From assembly GCA_017407225.1 (NCBI GenBank), contig JAFQWY010000047.1, positions 39,522-103,521 of the forward strand: a DNA stretch of 64,000 nt, given 5' to 3'. Shown here piece by piece: positions 50,897 to 60,569 of this stretch (the stretch's first letter is position 1; each line of letters begins with the position of its first letter). This stretch comes from Clostridia bacterium (lineage in GTDB: Bacteria > Bacillota > Clostridia > Oscillospirales > CAG-272). Both the position numbers and the translations under genes were made by a program. The notes beneath the pieces were generated by a model that saw only the letters and a list, made by a program, of their open reading frames with translations, was not told the DNA's origin and made no database searches.

Positions 50897-50982
50897 ACTG
50901 CTGTACCGCCTTTGCCGTACTGTTCCGCCGGTGCAGCGGGATGCCGCGGAATGAAGATTGATGTTGTTGAAATCCGTGTCAT
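50893..50982 (-). CDS. Putative 29-aa leader peptide MTRISTTSIFIPRHPAAPAEQYGKGGTAV
   Basis: AAGGGA RBS upstream; its TGA overlaps the PP2C ATG (ATGA). Confidence 0.4.
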   Translation of the reverse strand: MTRISTTSIFIPRHPAAPAEQYGKGGTAV

Positions 50983-51002
50983 TTTAAATCCCTTATGGTA
51001 GT

Positions 51003-51031
51003 ATTATACTTTATTTTCGTTCCTTTGTAAA
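51003..51031 (-). promoter_or_regulatory. Sigma-A promoter of the PP2C-HTH-NERD operon
   Basis: Minus strand TTTACA-N17-TATAAT. Confidence 0.75.
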
Positions 51032-51126
51032 GATTGTGCGGACGGAACGGTCTCCTGTTATTCCGCATTTTCATTGTAACACCCCATTTTTTCCATCGAT
51101 TTTGAGTTTTGAGATCCCGATTCCCC

Positions 51127-51155
51127 TTGCACCGGCACGGTATCTGTGATACAAT
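51127..51155 (+). promoter_or_regulatory. Sigma-A promoter of the ECF operon
   Basis: TTGCAC-N17-TACAAT with TG extension. Confidence 0.7.
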
Positions 51156-51188
51156 ACCTGTAAAACTACGGAAAGAAAGGCGGCTGTC

Positions 51189-51764
51189 ATGTTTCTCTTC
51201 ACCTTCCAGCGTGATCCCGATTACGGGGATTTTTTCGATGCCCTCGTGCAGGAACACGGCAGCAGAATGTTCTCGGCCGCCTGTGAACTGCTGGAATCCC
51301 GGGGCCGTCCCAACCGCGAGGACGCCAGGGACATTGTTCAGGACACGCTTATAAAAGTTTATAAAAATATTTCAAGATTTTACGATCTTGACCGTGAGGA
51401 AATCATCCCTCTCCTCGTTATCTATACCAGAAACACCGCAAAGGATTTCATCAAGCGCAAATCCAACCGTCTGCATCTGCCCCTGTTCACCGTTCTGGAT
51501 GACGAAGAGGAAGAGCTGCCCGTCGCCGATACCGCGCCGCTGCCGGAGGAAGTAATCATCCGTCAGGAAACCGTGGACCGCACCGCCGCCGCCATAGACA
51601 GTCTGCCGGAAACCCAGCGGCATGCCGTTCTGCTGAAATACCGCTACGGATACACCGACCGGGAAATTGCAAAAATCCTGTGCATCTCGGAAAGTGCCGT
51701 CAGCTCCCGTCTGAACCGTGCCAGAGAATCCCTGAAAAAACTGCTGAAAGGAGAGGAATCATGA
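51189..51764 (+). CDS. ECF RNA polymerase sigma factor
   Basis: Region 2 DARDIVQDTLIK...RNTAKD; region 4 LPETQR...EIAKIL...VSSRLNRARESL. Confidence 0.92.
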   Translation: MFLFTFQRDPDYGDFFDALVQEHGSRMFSAACELLESRGRPNREDARDIVQDTLIKVYKNISRFYDLDREEIIPLLVIYTRNTAKDFIKRKSNRLHLPLFTVLDDEEEELPVADTAPLPEEVIIRQETVDRTAAAIDSLPETQRHAVLLKYRYGYTDREIAKILCISESAVSSRLNRARESLKKLLKGEES

Positions 51765-52450
51765 ACAAGCCCACCCGTAACGATCCCCTGGATGCCCTGC
51801 TCTACGCATCCGCAAAATCCGCCGGCCAGAATGAGCGCAGTCAGTATGAATCCGCCTCTCCCGAAAACACCCTCACCGATGCTGAAAAGAAAAAGATCAT
51901 CCGACGGGCAAAGGATCCCCGCAATCTGAAGAAAACCGCGTCCGTCATCATGAAGCGCGCCGCCGTCATCGTGCTGGTGATTCTGTCCGTCAGCTTCACC
52001 TGCGCCATGAGTGTGGACTCGGTCAGAGAAGCCCTGTGGCACAGCATTTTTGAAAACGGCACCTATCATATCAACATCCAGTACATCACGGACGAGGGCG
52101 AAGTTCTCCCCGATGCCATCGCCGAATTCAAGGAACCGGATCCCGGGGAAGGCTACACCCGCCGGGAAATCGGAAAGAGCAAGTTCAAGTACCACATCGA
52201 ATACGACCGGGACGGCATGACTCTCACCTACAGCCAGAGCCTGCTGAAAGACTATGAATTCACTGTCACCGAACATTATTCCGCCCCCACGCCCGAAACG
52301 AAGGAAATCTCCGTGAACGGCTGCGACGGAATCCTGATCACCACGGGTGAGCTGCTCTACCTGAACTGGCACGACAACGTGTATGTGTACAGCCTCGGGG
52401 GAGCCGTGCCCTTTGAGGAGCTTCTCCGGATCGCGGAAACCCTGCAATAA
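51761..52450 (+). CDS. Membrane anti-sigma factor-like protein (DUF4367-like)
   Basis: ATGA overlap with the sigma gene, single TM, C-terminal ISVNGCDG...LNW...EELLRIAETL. Confidence 0.8.
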   Translation: MNKPTRNDPLDALLYASAKSAGQNERSQYESASPENTLTDAEKKKIIRRAKDPRNLKKTASVIMKRAAVIVLVILSVSFTCAMSVDSVREALWHSIFENGTYHINIQYITDEGEVLPDAIAEFKEPDPGEGYTRREIGKSKFKYHIEYDRDGMTLTYSQSLLKDYEFTVTEHYSAPTPETKEISVNGCDGILITTGELLYLNWHDNVYVYSLGGAVPFEELLRIAETLQ

Positions 52451-52455
52451 TCCCT

Positions 52456-52487
52456 CAGCCATACTCTACAATGGGTATGGCTGTTTT
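52456..52487 (+). terminator. Rho-independent terminator after the anti-sigma gene
   Basis: CAGCCATACTC-loop-GGGTATGGCTG-TTTT. Confidence 0.7.
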
Positions 52488-52607
52488 GTATAGATCGGGC
52501 GGCGTTTTTTGTGCATTTCCCCGAAAACAAAAAATTCCTCCGCTGACCGTGAGAATGGCCGGAAAGAATCGGTTAGGGAAGCAAAAGCGAAAATCACGGA
52601 GGCTTTT

Positions 52608-53909
52608 ATGAAAAAACTGACTGCACTTTTATTGGCTGTGCTCACCCTCGCATCCTGCACGGCTGATACGGAGATTGATATTGCAGAAAATCTCGAAACC
52701 TTCCGCGATGTTTTTACGGAAGAAACGGAAGCGGGCGAAACCATACTCCCCTACATACCGCCGGAAGACAGCGCTTCCGTCACCGGGATTATAGCGCAGG
52801 ATTTCACCATTCAGGACGGAAAGTATTATTTTGAGCTCAAACATGCCTTCGGTACCGGCGGCGGTGTGCGTATGCTGGCGTATGCGGATGTGGCAACCGG
52901 CAACTATGGTATTGTCTGTCAGGACCATCTGTGTCCCCATACCAGCTCCAAGGTCTGCAAATATGCGGATCTGTCTTATCACTGCTTCACAGACAAACCG
53001 GGGGTCTATTATGCTGTCCGTATGGAGATTCCCATGTATCTCTGCCGTGTGGATCTGAATCAAGATATTGTTGAAAACATCCATGAGCTGGATTTTTTCG
53101 GATGGGATATGCTCGGATATACCGACGGACGGATGTATTTCTATGAATCCGAATATATGACAGTGGATCAGAAAACCACCTGTATTCCTCATATCTTCTA
53201 TGTGGATGACAATACCCGCGAAATCATCGAGATTGAACAACCCTCCGGCGACTGGATATATACCAATACCTCTCCGCGTTTTGTCTGGAATGGGAATTTC
53301 TACATCTTCACCGACAAAAAAATCGTTAAAACCACTCCGACCTATGATAACCCTGAAGTGATCGCCGATCTGGGAATGGAAATCGAACAGTGGTACATGG
53401 ATACCGGCACCGGCGAGCTGTATTTCTCCTGCACCAACCCAAATACTCTTACGGGTTCTGTTTATGTGGTGAAAGATTGTATTGAACCGGAAAAAGTGAA
53501 TCTTCCCCACGAAAACATCTACACCTTCACCCTCAACGCCGACCGGATTTACTATACCGTCTATGATCCTGTGTTTATGGGCATCAGCGGTCAGTCGTTC
53601 TTCAAGAAAGAAGGCGAGGAAGACCGAAAATCCTGCGACTACACCGGCGGAAAACTGTATGCTGTTGACAGGGACAATCCTTCCGTCGCCGAGGAAATGG
53701 TTTACGAAGTCAGCGGCATCCCGCTGGACAAGGCTTTGAGACTGGAAAGCAGCGTTGTCGTGGGAGATTATCTGTATGTTGATGAAATTAATGTTCTGCG
53801 TGAAGTCCGGAACGGGCAAGAGTATATCTCCTTCGACTACGCCCGCGATGTCAGCAAAATCCGCGTGGGACTGAAGGACGGATCGTTTACGAGAATCTCA
53901 TTTGACTGA
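52608..53909 (+). CDS. Tandem-array lipoprotein 1 (probable beta-propeller, Cx4CxHx5C motif)
   Basis: MKKLTALLLAVLTLASC lipobox; CQDHLCPHTSSKVC. Confidence 0.85.
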   Translation: MKKLTALLLAVLTLASCTADTEIDIAENLETFRDVFTEETEAGETILPYIPPEDSASVTGIIAQDFTIQDGKYYFELKHAFGTGGGVRMLAYADVATGNYGIVCQDHLCPHTSSKVCKYADLSYHCFTDKPGVYYAVRMEIPMYLCRVDLNQDIVENIHELDFFGWDMLGYTDGRMYFYESEYMTVDQKTTCIPHIFYVDDNTREIIEIEQPSGDWIYTNTSPRFVWNGNFYIFTDKKIVKTTPTYDNPEVIADLGMEIEQWYMDTGTGELYFSCTNPNTLTGSVYVVKDCIEPEKVNLPHENIYTFTLNADRIYYTVYDPVFMGISGQSFFKKEGEEDRKSCDYTGGKLYAVDRDNPSVAEEMVYEVSGIPLDKALRLESSVVVGDYLYVDEINVLREVRNGQEYISFDYARDVSKIRVGLKDGSFTRISFD

Positions 53910-53923
53910 TTTGGAGGAACATC

Positions 53924-55204
53924 ATGAAAAAACTGACTGCACTGTTACTGACACTCTTCACCCTCGCTTCCTGCACAGCTGATACGGAGATTGATATTGC
54001 CGAAGGGCTGGAAACTTACCGTGACACCTTCATCGGGGAAAGCGAGACTGCATATATACCGCCGGATATCGAAGAAGCGATCGGCGGGATCTTTTGCGAA
54101 TACTTTTCCATTCAGGACAACAAATTCTACTTTGAACTCAAAAAGCGAACCCCGAACAGTGCCGTTTCCATGTATGCCTATACCGATCTGCTAACGGGCA
54201 ACACCGCGCCCATCTGTCCAGATCCTCTCTGCACCCACGATGCGGCGGAAGACTGCAAATACTACGATTTTCAGCAGGGAATCTGGTTCACGGAACATTC
54301 GGGTGTATTCTACACTCACCGCAAAGGTGAAGGTGCTTTGGATATCTGCAAAGCGGATCTGAAAAACGACACCGTGGAGCTGGCATATCATCCTGAAGAA
54401 ATATTCGCTTCCGTTTTCGGATACTGGGACGGAAGGCTGTATTTTTACGAGAACCTGCATTACACGGAAGACAAAAAGACCATAACCAAAAGACGGATGT
54501 CCTATATTGACAATGCCACCGGGGAGATTGTTCATATCGGGTATTTTCCGGAAGGCTTCAGCGGATATCCCATATTTATCAGTAAGGGAAAAATCTACTA
54601 CACAAGCGAGAAAATACTGGGACGCATGGATCTGGATTTCGAAAACCGTGAGGAACTGCTGGAGCTTCCCTACGGTATGGATCAGTGGTTCTGTGACGAA
54701 AACACCGGCGAGCTGTATTTTGCTTCCGTTGATGAAAGCCGGGTAACCGGAGCAGTCTACCGGTATGACGGCGAAAAAGCAGAAAAACTCCCCCTGCCCC
54801 ACGCTGAAATCTATCTGTTCACCCTGACCAACGAAAAAATTTACTACTCCCCGTTTGATCCCATTTATCACGGTGTGCATCCGTTCAACGGCGGCGTCCA
54901 TACAGTCAGTTACGATCCCTACCAGTTTGTCTGGGACTATGCAGGCGGAAAAATCTACTCCGTTCCCCGTGAAAATCCGTCTGCCGAGCCGGAACTGGTT
55001 TATGACAACGGCGGGGAGACTCTGGTTGCCAATCTGAATCATCCCTATACCATATTCGGCGACTACCTCTACTTTGACGAGATTGAGCTGACCCGCGAAG
55101 TGATCGAAGGTGTGGAATATATCTATTTCAATTCCGCACGTGAAACTTCAAAAATCCGCGTAGGACTGAAGGACGGATCATACACAAAGATAAAATTTGA
55201 ATAA
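53924..55204 (+). CDS. Tandem-array lipoprotein 2
   Basis: Lipobox LASC; CPDPLCTHDAAEDC. Confidence 0.85.
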   Translation: MKKLTALLLTLFTLASCTADTEIDIAEGLETYRDTFIGESETAYIPPDIEEAIGGIFCEYFSIQDNKFYFELKKRTPNSAVSMYAYTDLLTGNTAPICPDPLCTHDAAEDCKYYDFQQGIWFTEHSGVFYTHRKGEGALDICKADLKNDTVELAYHPEEIFASVFGYWDGRLYFYENLHYTEDKKTITKRRMSYIDNATGEIVHIGYFPEGFSGYPIFISKGKIYYTSEKILGRMDLDFENREELLELPYGMDQWFCDENTGELYFASVDESRVTGAVYRYDGEKAEKLPLPHAEIYLFTLTNEKIYYSPFDPIYHGVHPFNGGVHTVSYDPYQFVWDYAGGKIYSVPRENPSAEPELVYDNGGETLVANLNHPYTIFGDYLYFDEIELTREVIEGVEYIYFNSARETSKIRVGLKDGSYTKIKFE

Positions 55205-56573
55205 TACCGGAGGAACCCATGAAAAAACTGACTGCACTTTTACTGTCTGTGCTCACCCTCACCTCCTGCACAGCCGGTACGGAGATTGATATTGCCGAAG
55301 GGCTGGAGACTTACCGGAAGGAGTACGGTACGGAAACCGAAGCACCCTACACGGCACCGGATCTTGAAAAAGCTGTCGGCGGACTCTCCGGTGAATCCTT
55401 TTCCATTCAGGACGGACGCTACTACTTCCCCATCCGGAAATCAATCATCGTGGAAGTAAAAACAGGCCCCAATCCGGGTAAGTCACGGAGTTCCGTCGCC
55501 GCATATGCCTATGCCGATCTGAAAACCGGAAATTACGCACTGATCTGTCCCGATCCGCTATGTACCCATGCCAGCCCCGAAATCTGTAAATACTACGGCT
55601 TTGAGCAGGGCGCATGGTTCACCGAATACACCGGAGTATTCTACACCTACCGTCAGAACAAAGGTCTGGAAATCCACCGGGTTGACCTGCAGAACAACAC
55701 GGCACGTCTGGCTTATACACCCGAGCAGATGATGGCGAACATCATCGGATATCATGACGGAAAGCTGTATTTTTATGAATCCCTGAATTACACGGAGGAT
55801 AAAAAGACCGTCCGGCGGCGCAGACTCTCCTGTATCGATGACAGTACAGGAGAAATAACGGAGCTGGGCTATTTCCCGGACGGATCCGAAATCTTCCCGC
55901 GTTTTATGAAGGACGGAAAGATCTACTACATGGAAGGCAAAACACTGGGGCGGATGGATCCGGATTTCGGAAACCGGGAGGAGATTCTGAAAACCGCTTA
56001 CGGTCTTTCCCACTGGATCTGGGACGACAACACCGGGGAACTGTATTTTTCTTCCGTCAACGAGGAACTGCTGGACGGTGCAATCTACCGGTATGCCGAC
56101 GGTGCCGCGGAAAAGCTCGTGCTTCCCCATGAGGACATATATACATTCACCCTGACCAACGATAAGATTTACTACTCTCCCTATGAGCCGCTCTTTCACG
56201 GCATCAATATACTGGCTGCCGGCGATCCTGCACTGGAAGCATCCCCGCGTTATCATGTCTATGACTATACGGGAGGAAAGGTTTACTCTGTGGATCGAAG
56301 CAATCCGTCTGCGGAAGCCGAACTGGTTTACGACAACGGCGGAGAATTTCCGGTAAGCAACCTGAATCACCCCTATGTGGTATTCGGGGATTATCTGTAC
56401 ATGGATGAAATCGAGCTGACCCGCGAGGTAATCAACAGCAGGGAATATGTATACTACAACTCCGCCTTTGAAGTGAGCAAAATCCGTGTGGGTCTGAAGG
56501 ACGGATCATACACAAAGATAAAATTTGAATAATACCGGAGGAACCCATGAAAAAACTGACTGCACTTTTACTG
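55166..56573 (+). repeat. Exact 80-bp direct repeat spanning gene junctions (55166-55245 and 56494-56573)
   Basis: CTGAAGGACGGATCATACACAAAGATAAAATTTGAATAATACCGGAGGAACCCATGAAAAAACTGACTGCACTTTTACTG at both junctions. Confidence 0.9.
55219..56532 (+). CDS. Tandem-array lipoprotein 3
   Basis: Lipobox LTSC; CPDPLCTHASPEIC. Confidence 0.85.
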   Translation: MKKLTALLLSVLTLTSCTAGTEIDIAEGLETYRKEYGTETEAPYTAPDLEKAVGGLSGESFSIQDGRYYFPIRKSIIVEVKTGPNPGKSRSSVAAYAYADLKTGNYALICPDPLCTHASPEICKYYGFEQGAWFTEYTGVFYTYRQNKGLEIHRVDLQNNTARLAYTPEQMMANIIGYHDGKLYFYESLNYTEDKKTVRRRRLSCIDDSTGEITELGYFPDGSEIFPRFMKDGKIYYMEGKTLGRMDPDFGNREEILKTAYGLSHWIWDDNTGELYFSSVNEELLDGAIYRYADGAAEKLVLPHEDIYTFTLTNDKIYYSPYEPLFHGINILAAGDPALEASPRYHVYDYTGGKVYSVDRSNPSAEAELVYDNGGEFPVSNLNHPYVVFGDYLYMDEIELTREVINSREYVYYNSAFEVSKIRVGLKDGSYTKIKFE

Positions 56574-57854
56574 GCTGTGCTTACTCTCACCTCCTGCACG
56601 GCTGATACGGAGATTGATATTGCCGAAGGGCTGGAGACTTACCGGGAAGCGTATACGGAAGCCGGACGGGAAACCGAAGTTCCCTACACGCCGCCGGAAG
56701 AAATCCAAACCGAAGACACCACCACGCAGTGGGGCGGTATTTTCTCCCCGGATTTCACCGTAAGCGGCGGAAAATACTATTTTGAGACACGCCGGTCTGA
56801 AAGCCGCGGCAACTCCGTCAGCATGATCGCATACACCGATCTCGCTACCGGAAACAGCGGTATCCTCTGCCCGGATCCTCTCTGCACCCATCAGTCCGCC
56901 GAGGTCTGCAAATACGCCGATCTTGAGGGGATTTACTTCACAGACGAGGAAGGCGTGTTCTATTCCTGCAGGCATACCTTCACCACAACCATCTATCGGG
57001 TGGATGTGAACAACGATACCGTACAGACCGCCTGTGCAGTCAACTCGTTCAATGTAAATCTGCTGGGGTACGACAACGGAAAACTGTACTTCTATGAACT
57101 GAAGTTCGGCATGGAAGGACGCAAGGCAGGCATCAGCTATCTGATCTCCTGTCTGGATACCGACACCGAAAAGGTCACGGAGCTCGGTTACATCCCCGAT
57201 GAATGGGCCCTGACGCTGAATCTCATCCTGTTCGTGCGGAACGATGAGATTTACTTCACGGCATATTCCTCGAAGCTGATGAAGACAGATCTTTCCCTCA
57301 TAAACGTCACCGAGGTCATCGCAGCGGATCCCTGGCAGTGGTACTGGGATGAGGGCACGGATGCACTGTATTTCTCCACCTCCGATCCGGAAAAACAGAC
57401 CGGCTCCGTCTATGTCCACAAAGACGGAAAGACCGAGCAGATTCCCCTGCCGCATGAGAATATCCACGCCTTCACGATGACGGAGGACAGAATCTACTAT
57501 TCCCCCTACGATCCGGTGTTCTACGGATTCAGCAATGTGGCGTTCTACTTTGAGGATGATCCCGAGGAGCACAAGGTTTACGATTACACCGGAGGCAAGG
57601 TTTACGCCGTGGACCGTGACAATCCTTCCGCAGAAGCGGAGCTGGTCTACGAAGCGTCCGGAATTGACGGAAACCGCATGGCGGATCTGGATAACTGCGC
57701 CGTATTCGGGGACTACCTGTATTTCAACGAAATCACCGTCCGGCGGGAGGTACTGGGAGGCGTGGAATTTGTGACGTTCTCCCTTGCCGATGATGTCAGC
57801 AAAATCCGCGCGGGACTGAAGGATGGATCGTTTACGAGGATCTCATTTGACTGA
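56547..57854 (+). CDS. Tandem-array lipoprotein 4
   Basis: Lipobox LTSC; CPDPLCTHQSAEVC. Confidence 0.85.
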   Translation: MKKLTALLLAVLTLTSCTADTEIDIAEGLETYREAYTEAGRETEVPYTPPEEIQTEDTTTQWGGIFSPDFTVSGGKYYFETRRSESRGNSVSMIAYTDLATGNSGILCPDPLCTHQSAEVCKYADLEGIYFTDEEGVFYSCRHTFTTTIYRVDVNNDTVQTACAVNSFNVNLLGYDNGKLYFYELKFGMEGRKAGISYLISCLDTDTEKVTELGYIPDEWALTLNLILFVRNDEIYFTAYSSKLMKTDLSLINVTEVIAADPWQWYWDEGTDALYFSTSDPEKQTGSVYVHKDGKTEQIPLPHENIHAFTMTEDRIYYSPYDPVFYGFSNVAFYFEDDPEEHKVYDYTGGKVYAVDRDNPSAEAELVYEASGIDGNRMADLDNCAVFGDYLYFNEITVRREVLGGVEFVTFSLADDVSKIRAGLKDGSFTRISFD

Positions 57855-57867
57855 TTCGGAGTATTTC

Positions 57868-59169
57868 ATGAAAAAACTGACCGTACTTTTACTGGCTGTG
57901 CTTACTCTCACCTCCTGCACGGCCGGTACCGGCGACATCGCCGAAGGGCTGGAGACTTACCGGGAAAAATATGAAGAACCCGAAGTGCCCTATATTCCCC
58001 AGGATGTGGAATCCGCTTTCAATATCGTGTCCCAGGACGTCTGTATCCGGGACGGGAAGTATTATTTTGAGCTGAAGAAGGCATTCGATCACGGCGGAGG
58101 TGTGCGGATGATCACCTGCGTGGATGTGGCCACCGGAAACTTCGGCGCGGTATGTCCCGATCCCCTGTGCACCCATTCAAACAGGGAGGAATGCAAGTAT
58201 GCCGATCTGTCGCAGTGCCATTTTTCTGATATTCCGGGGGTGTACTATACCTATCTCTTTGACCTGAACTCTCAGATTTACCGCGTGGATCTGAACCGTG
58301 ACACCGTGGAGCTTGTTTACACCTTCACCGAAGAAGGACACGGTTTCGGAAGCATACGGGGATACGCGGACGGAAAGCTGTATTTTTATCAGATGCTATA
58401 TGAAACCGCGGACAAAAAAACAGAAACACGTGAAAAGCTCTACTATCTGGAGGAAGCCACCGGGGAAATCGTACAATATGAGCAAACCGACGATCTCTCC
58501 GTCTTCACCGGAAGAACGCCTCACTTCATCCTTGACGGATATTTCTGGTTTGTTTCCGGCAATCAGCTGATCCGCACCGATTCCGACTATCGGAATCACA
58601 CCGTGGTCGCGGAATTTGACAATACTGTCCGGCAGTGGTACATGGATCTGGAAACGAGAGAGCTGTATTTTGCATTCAGGGACGATGAAGCACGCACCGG
58701 CTCCGTGTATGTTTACCGGGATGGTGTGACAGAACAGATACCGCTGCCCCACGCAGCCATCAGTGCCTTCACCCTCACCGAGGACAGAATTCTCTATTGC
58801 ATCTACGATCCCGTGTTCTACGGCATCAGCAAACTGGCGTTTCATGCGGATATGAACGGCGAAACCTATGATCCGGAGCAATACTACACCTACGACATGA
58901 CCGGAGGAAAGCTGTACGCCGTGGACAGAGACAATCCCTCCGGGGACGCGGAGCTGATCTATGCCTCCGAAAACATCGCAGCAGACAAGCTGGCAAAGCT
59001 GGACTCCTGCATCGCACTGGGGGATTATCTGTACTTCGATCAGATTGAAATCACCCGTGAAGTGATCAACGGCAAGGAGTACATCTTCAAAAGCTCGGCG
59101 CGCAACGTGGAGAAAATCCGGTACGGGCTGAAGGACGGTTCCCTCTCCCGCGTAACATTCGGAAACTGA
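57868..59169 (+). CDS. Tandem-array lipoprotein 5
   Basis: Lipobox LTSC; CPDPLCTHSNREEC. Confidence 0.85.
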   Translation: MKKLTVLLLAVLTLTSCTAGTGDIAEGLETYREKYEEPEVPYIPQDVESAFNIVSQDVCIRDGKYYFELKKAFDHGGGVRMITCVDVATGNFGAVCPDPLCTHSNREECKYADLSQCHFSDIPGVYYTYLFDLNSQIYRVDLNRDTVELVYTFTEEGHGFGSIRGYADGKLYFYQMLYETADKKTETREKLYYLEEATGEIVQYEQTDDLSVFTGRTPHFILDGYFWFVSGNQLIRTDSDYRNHTVVAEFDNTVRQWYMDLETRELYFAFRDDEARTGSVYVYRDGVTEQIPLPHAAISAFTLTEDRILYCIYDPVFYGISKLAFHADMNGETYDPEQYYTYDMTGGKLYAVDRDNPSGDAELIYASENIAADKLAKLDSCIALGDYLYFDQIEITREVINGKEYIFKSSARNVEKIRYGLKDGSLSRVTFGN

Positions 59170-59197
59170 ATTGATCTGAACAATGAAAGGAACCATC

Positions 59198-60553
59198 ATG
59201 AAAAAACTGACTGCACTTCTGCTGGCTGTGCTTACCCTCGCTTCCTGCACAGCCGGTACGGATGATATCGCCGAGGGGCTGGAGACTTACCGGGATGTAT
59301 ACGGCGGAACTCCCGCGCCCGTGCAGACGGAAGCACCTGACGAAACCGAAACTGAAACCGCAATCCCGGAGGAGGATCTCCCCGTGAATTACGGTACCAC
59401 CGTGGAGGGGATTGTGTCGGATGACTTTACCATCAATGACGGGAAGATGTATTTTGAGCTGCAAGCCAATAATTCGGGAGGGACAACATCCATGCCCGCA
59501 TACATAGATCTGAAAACCGGGCATTTCGCCTATGTATGCCCCGACCCGCTCTGCTCCCATGACGATGTAAAAAACTGCAAATACTTTGAAACCCAGACAT
59601 TGACCTTCACGGACAAGCCCGGCATCTGCTACGCTGTCCGATATCAGACTCAACCGTTTACGATTTATCGGTTTGACCTGAACAGGGATACCATGACTCC
59701 CATCGCGGAGTTTGAAGGCATAAGTCAGGAACTGATCGGATACAACCGGGGCAAGACCTATTATATAGACTGGGAAAATATAACCGAAGGCAAACAGACC
59801 CGGAGAATCACCAAACTGTATTCCATTGACGACAGCACGGGTCAAAACACAGAGATAGGCATTGTCCCGGAAGAATGGGACAGAGCACCGCTTCTGAAGC
59901 TCCTGTGGCATGACGGAAAAATCTATTTTACACAATCAACAGCAGAATCCATCACCCTCTGTGTCTCTGATCTTTCGTTTGAAAATGTACAGGAGGTTTT
60001 TGAATTTACCGGAGCTCCCGGTACAATATTCCTTGACACAAACACTGGTGAGCTTTATTTCAGCGAATACAATACTGACCGCCGCTCAGGCTCCGTGTAT
60101 GTCTGCCGGGACGGAGAGGTAATGGAGTTGAATCTGCCCCACGGCGAAATCTATTACTTCACCATGGACAACGATAAATTTTATTACTCCCCTTATGATC
60201 CCATCTACTACGGCATCAGCAAAACCGCCCATCTTGCTCTGCTCGCGGGCAAGGATGTGGATATCAATGAGTATAAGGTTTACGACTACTCCGGCGGAAA
60301 AATCTATGCCGTTGACCGTACCAACCCTTCACAGAACGCCGAACTCATTTATGACAACAACGGAGAAACCATGCTGTGCAATGGCAACCATCACTATACG
60401 GTGATCAATGGATGTCTCTATTACGATGAGGTTGCAGTAATGCGTGAAGTAATAGGCGGAATGGAGTATACCTATTTCGCTTCCTCCCGACAGCAGAACA
60501 AAATCCGCGTGAATCTCGCCGACGGAACCACAACGAGAATCTCATTTGAATGA
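59198..60553 (+). CDS. Tandem-array lipoprotein 6
   Basis: Lipobox LASC; CPDPLCSHDDVKNC. Confidence 0.85.
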   Translation: MKKLTALLLAVLTLASCTAGTDDIAEGLETYRDVYGGTPAPVQTEAPDETETETAIPEEDLPVNYGTTVEGIVSDDFTINDGKMYFELQANNSGGTTSMPAYIDLKTGHFAYVCPDPLCSHDDVKNCKYFETQTLTFTDKPGICYAVRYQTQPFTIYRFDLNRDTMTPIAEFEGISQELIGYNRGKTYYIDWENITEGKQTRRITKLYSIDDSTGQNTEIGIVPEEWDRAPLLKLLWHDGKIYFTQSTAESITLCVSDLSFENVQEVFEFTGAPGTIFLDTNTGELYFSEYNTDRRSGSVYVCRDGEVMELNLPHGEIYYFTMDNDKFYYSPYDPIYYGISKTAHLALLAGKDVDINEYKVYDYSGGKIYAVDRTNPSQNAELIYDNNGETMLCNGNHHYTVINGCLYYDEVAVMREVIGGMEYTYFASSRQQNKIRVNLADGTTTRISFE

Positions 60554-60569
60554 CAACGGAGGAACCATC

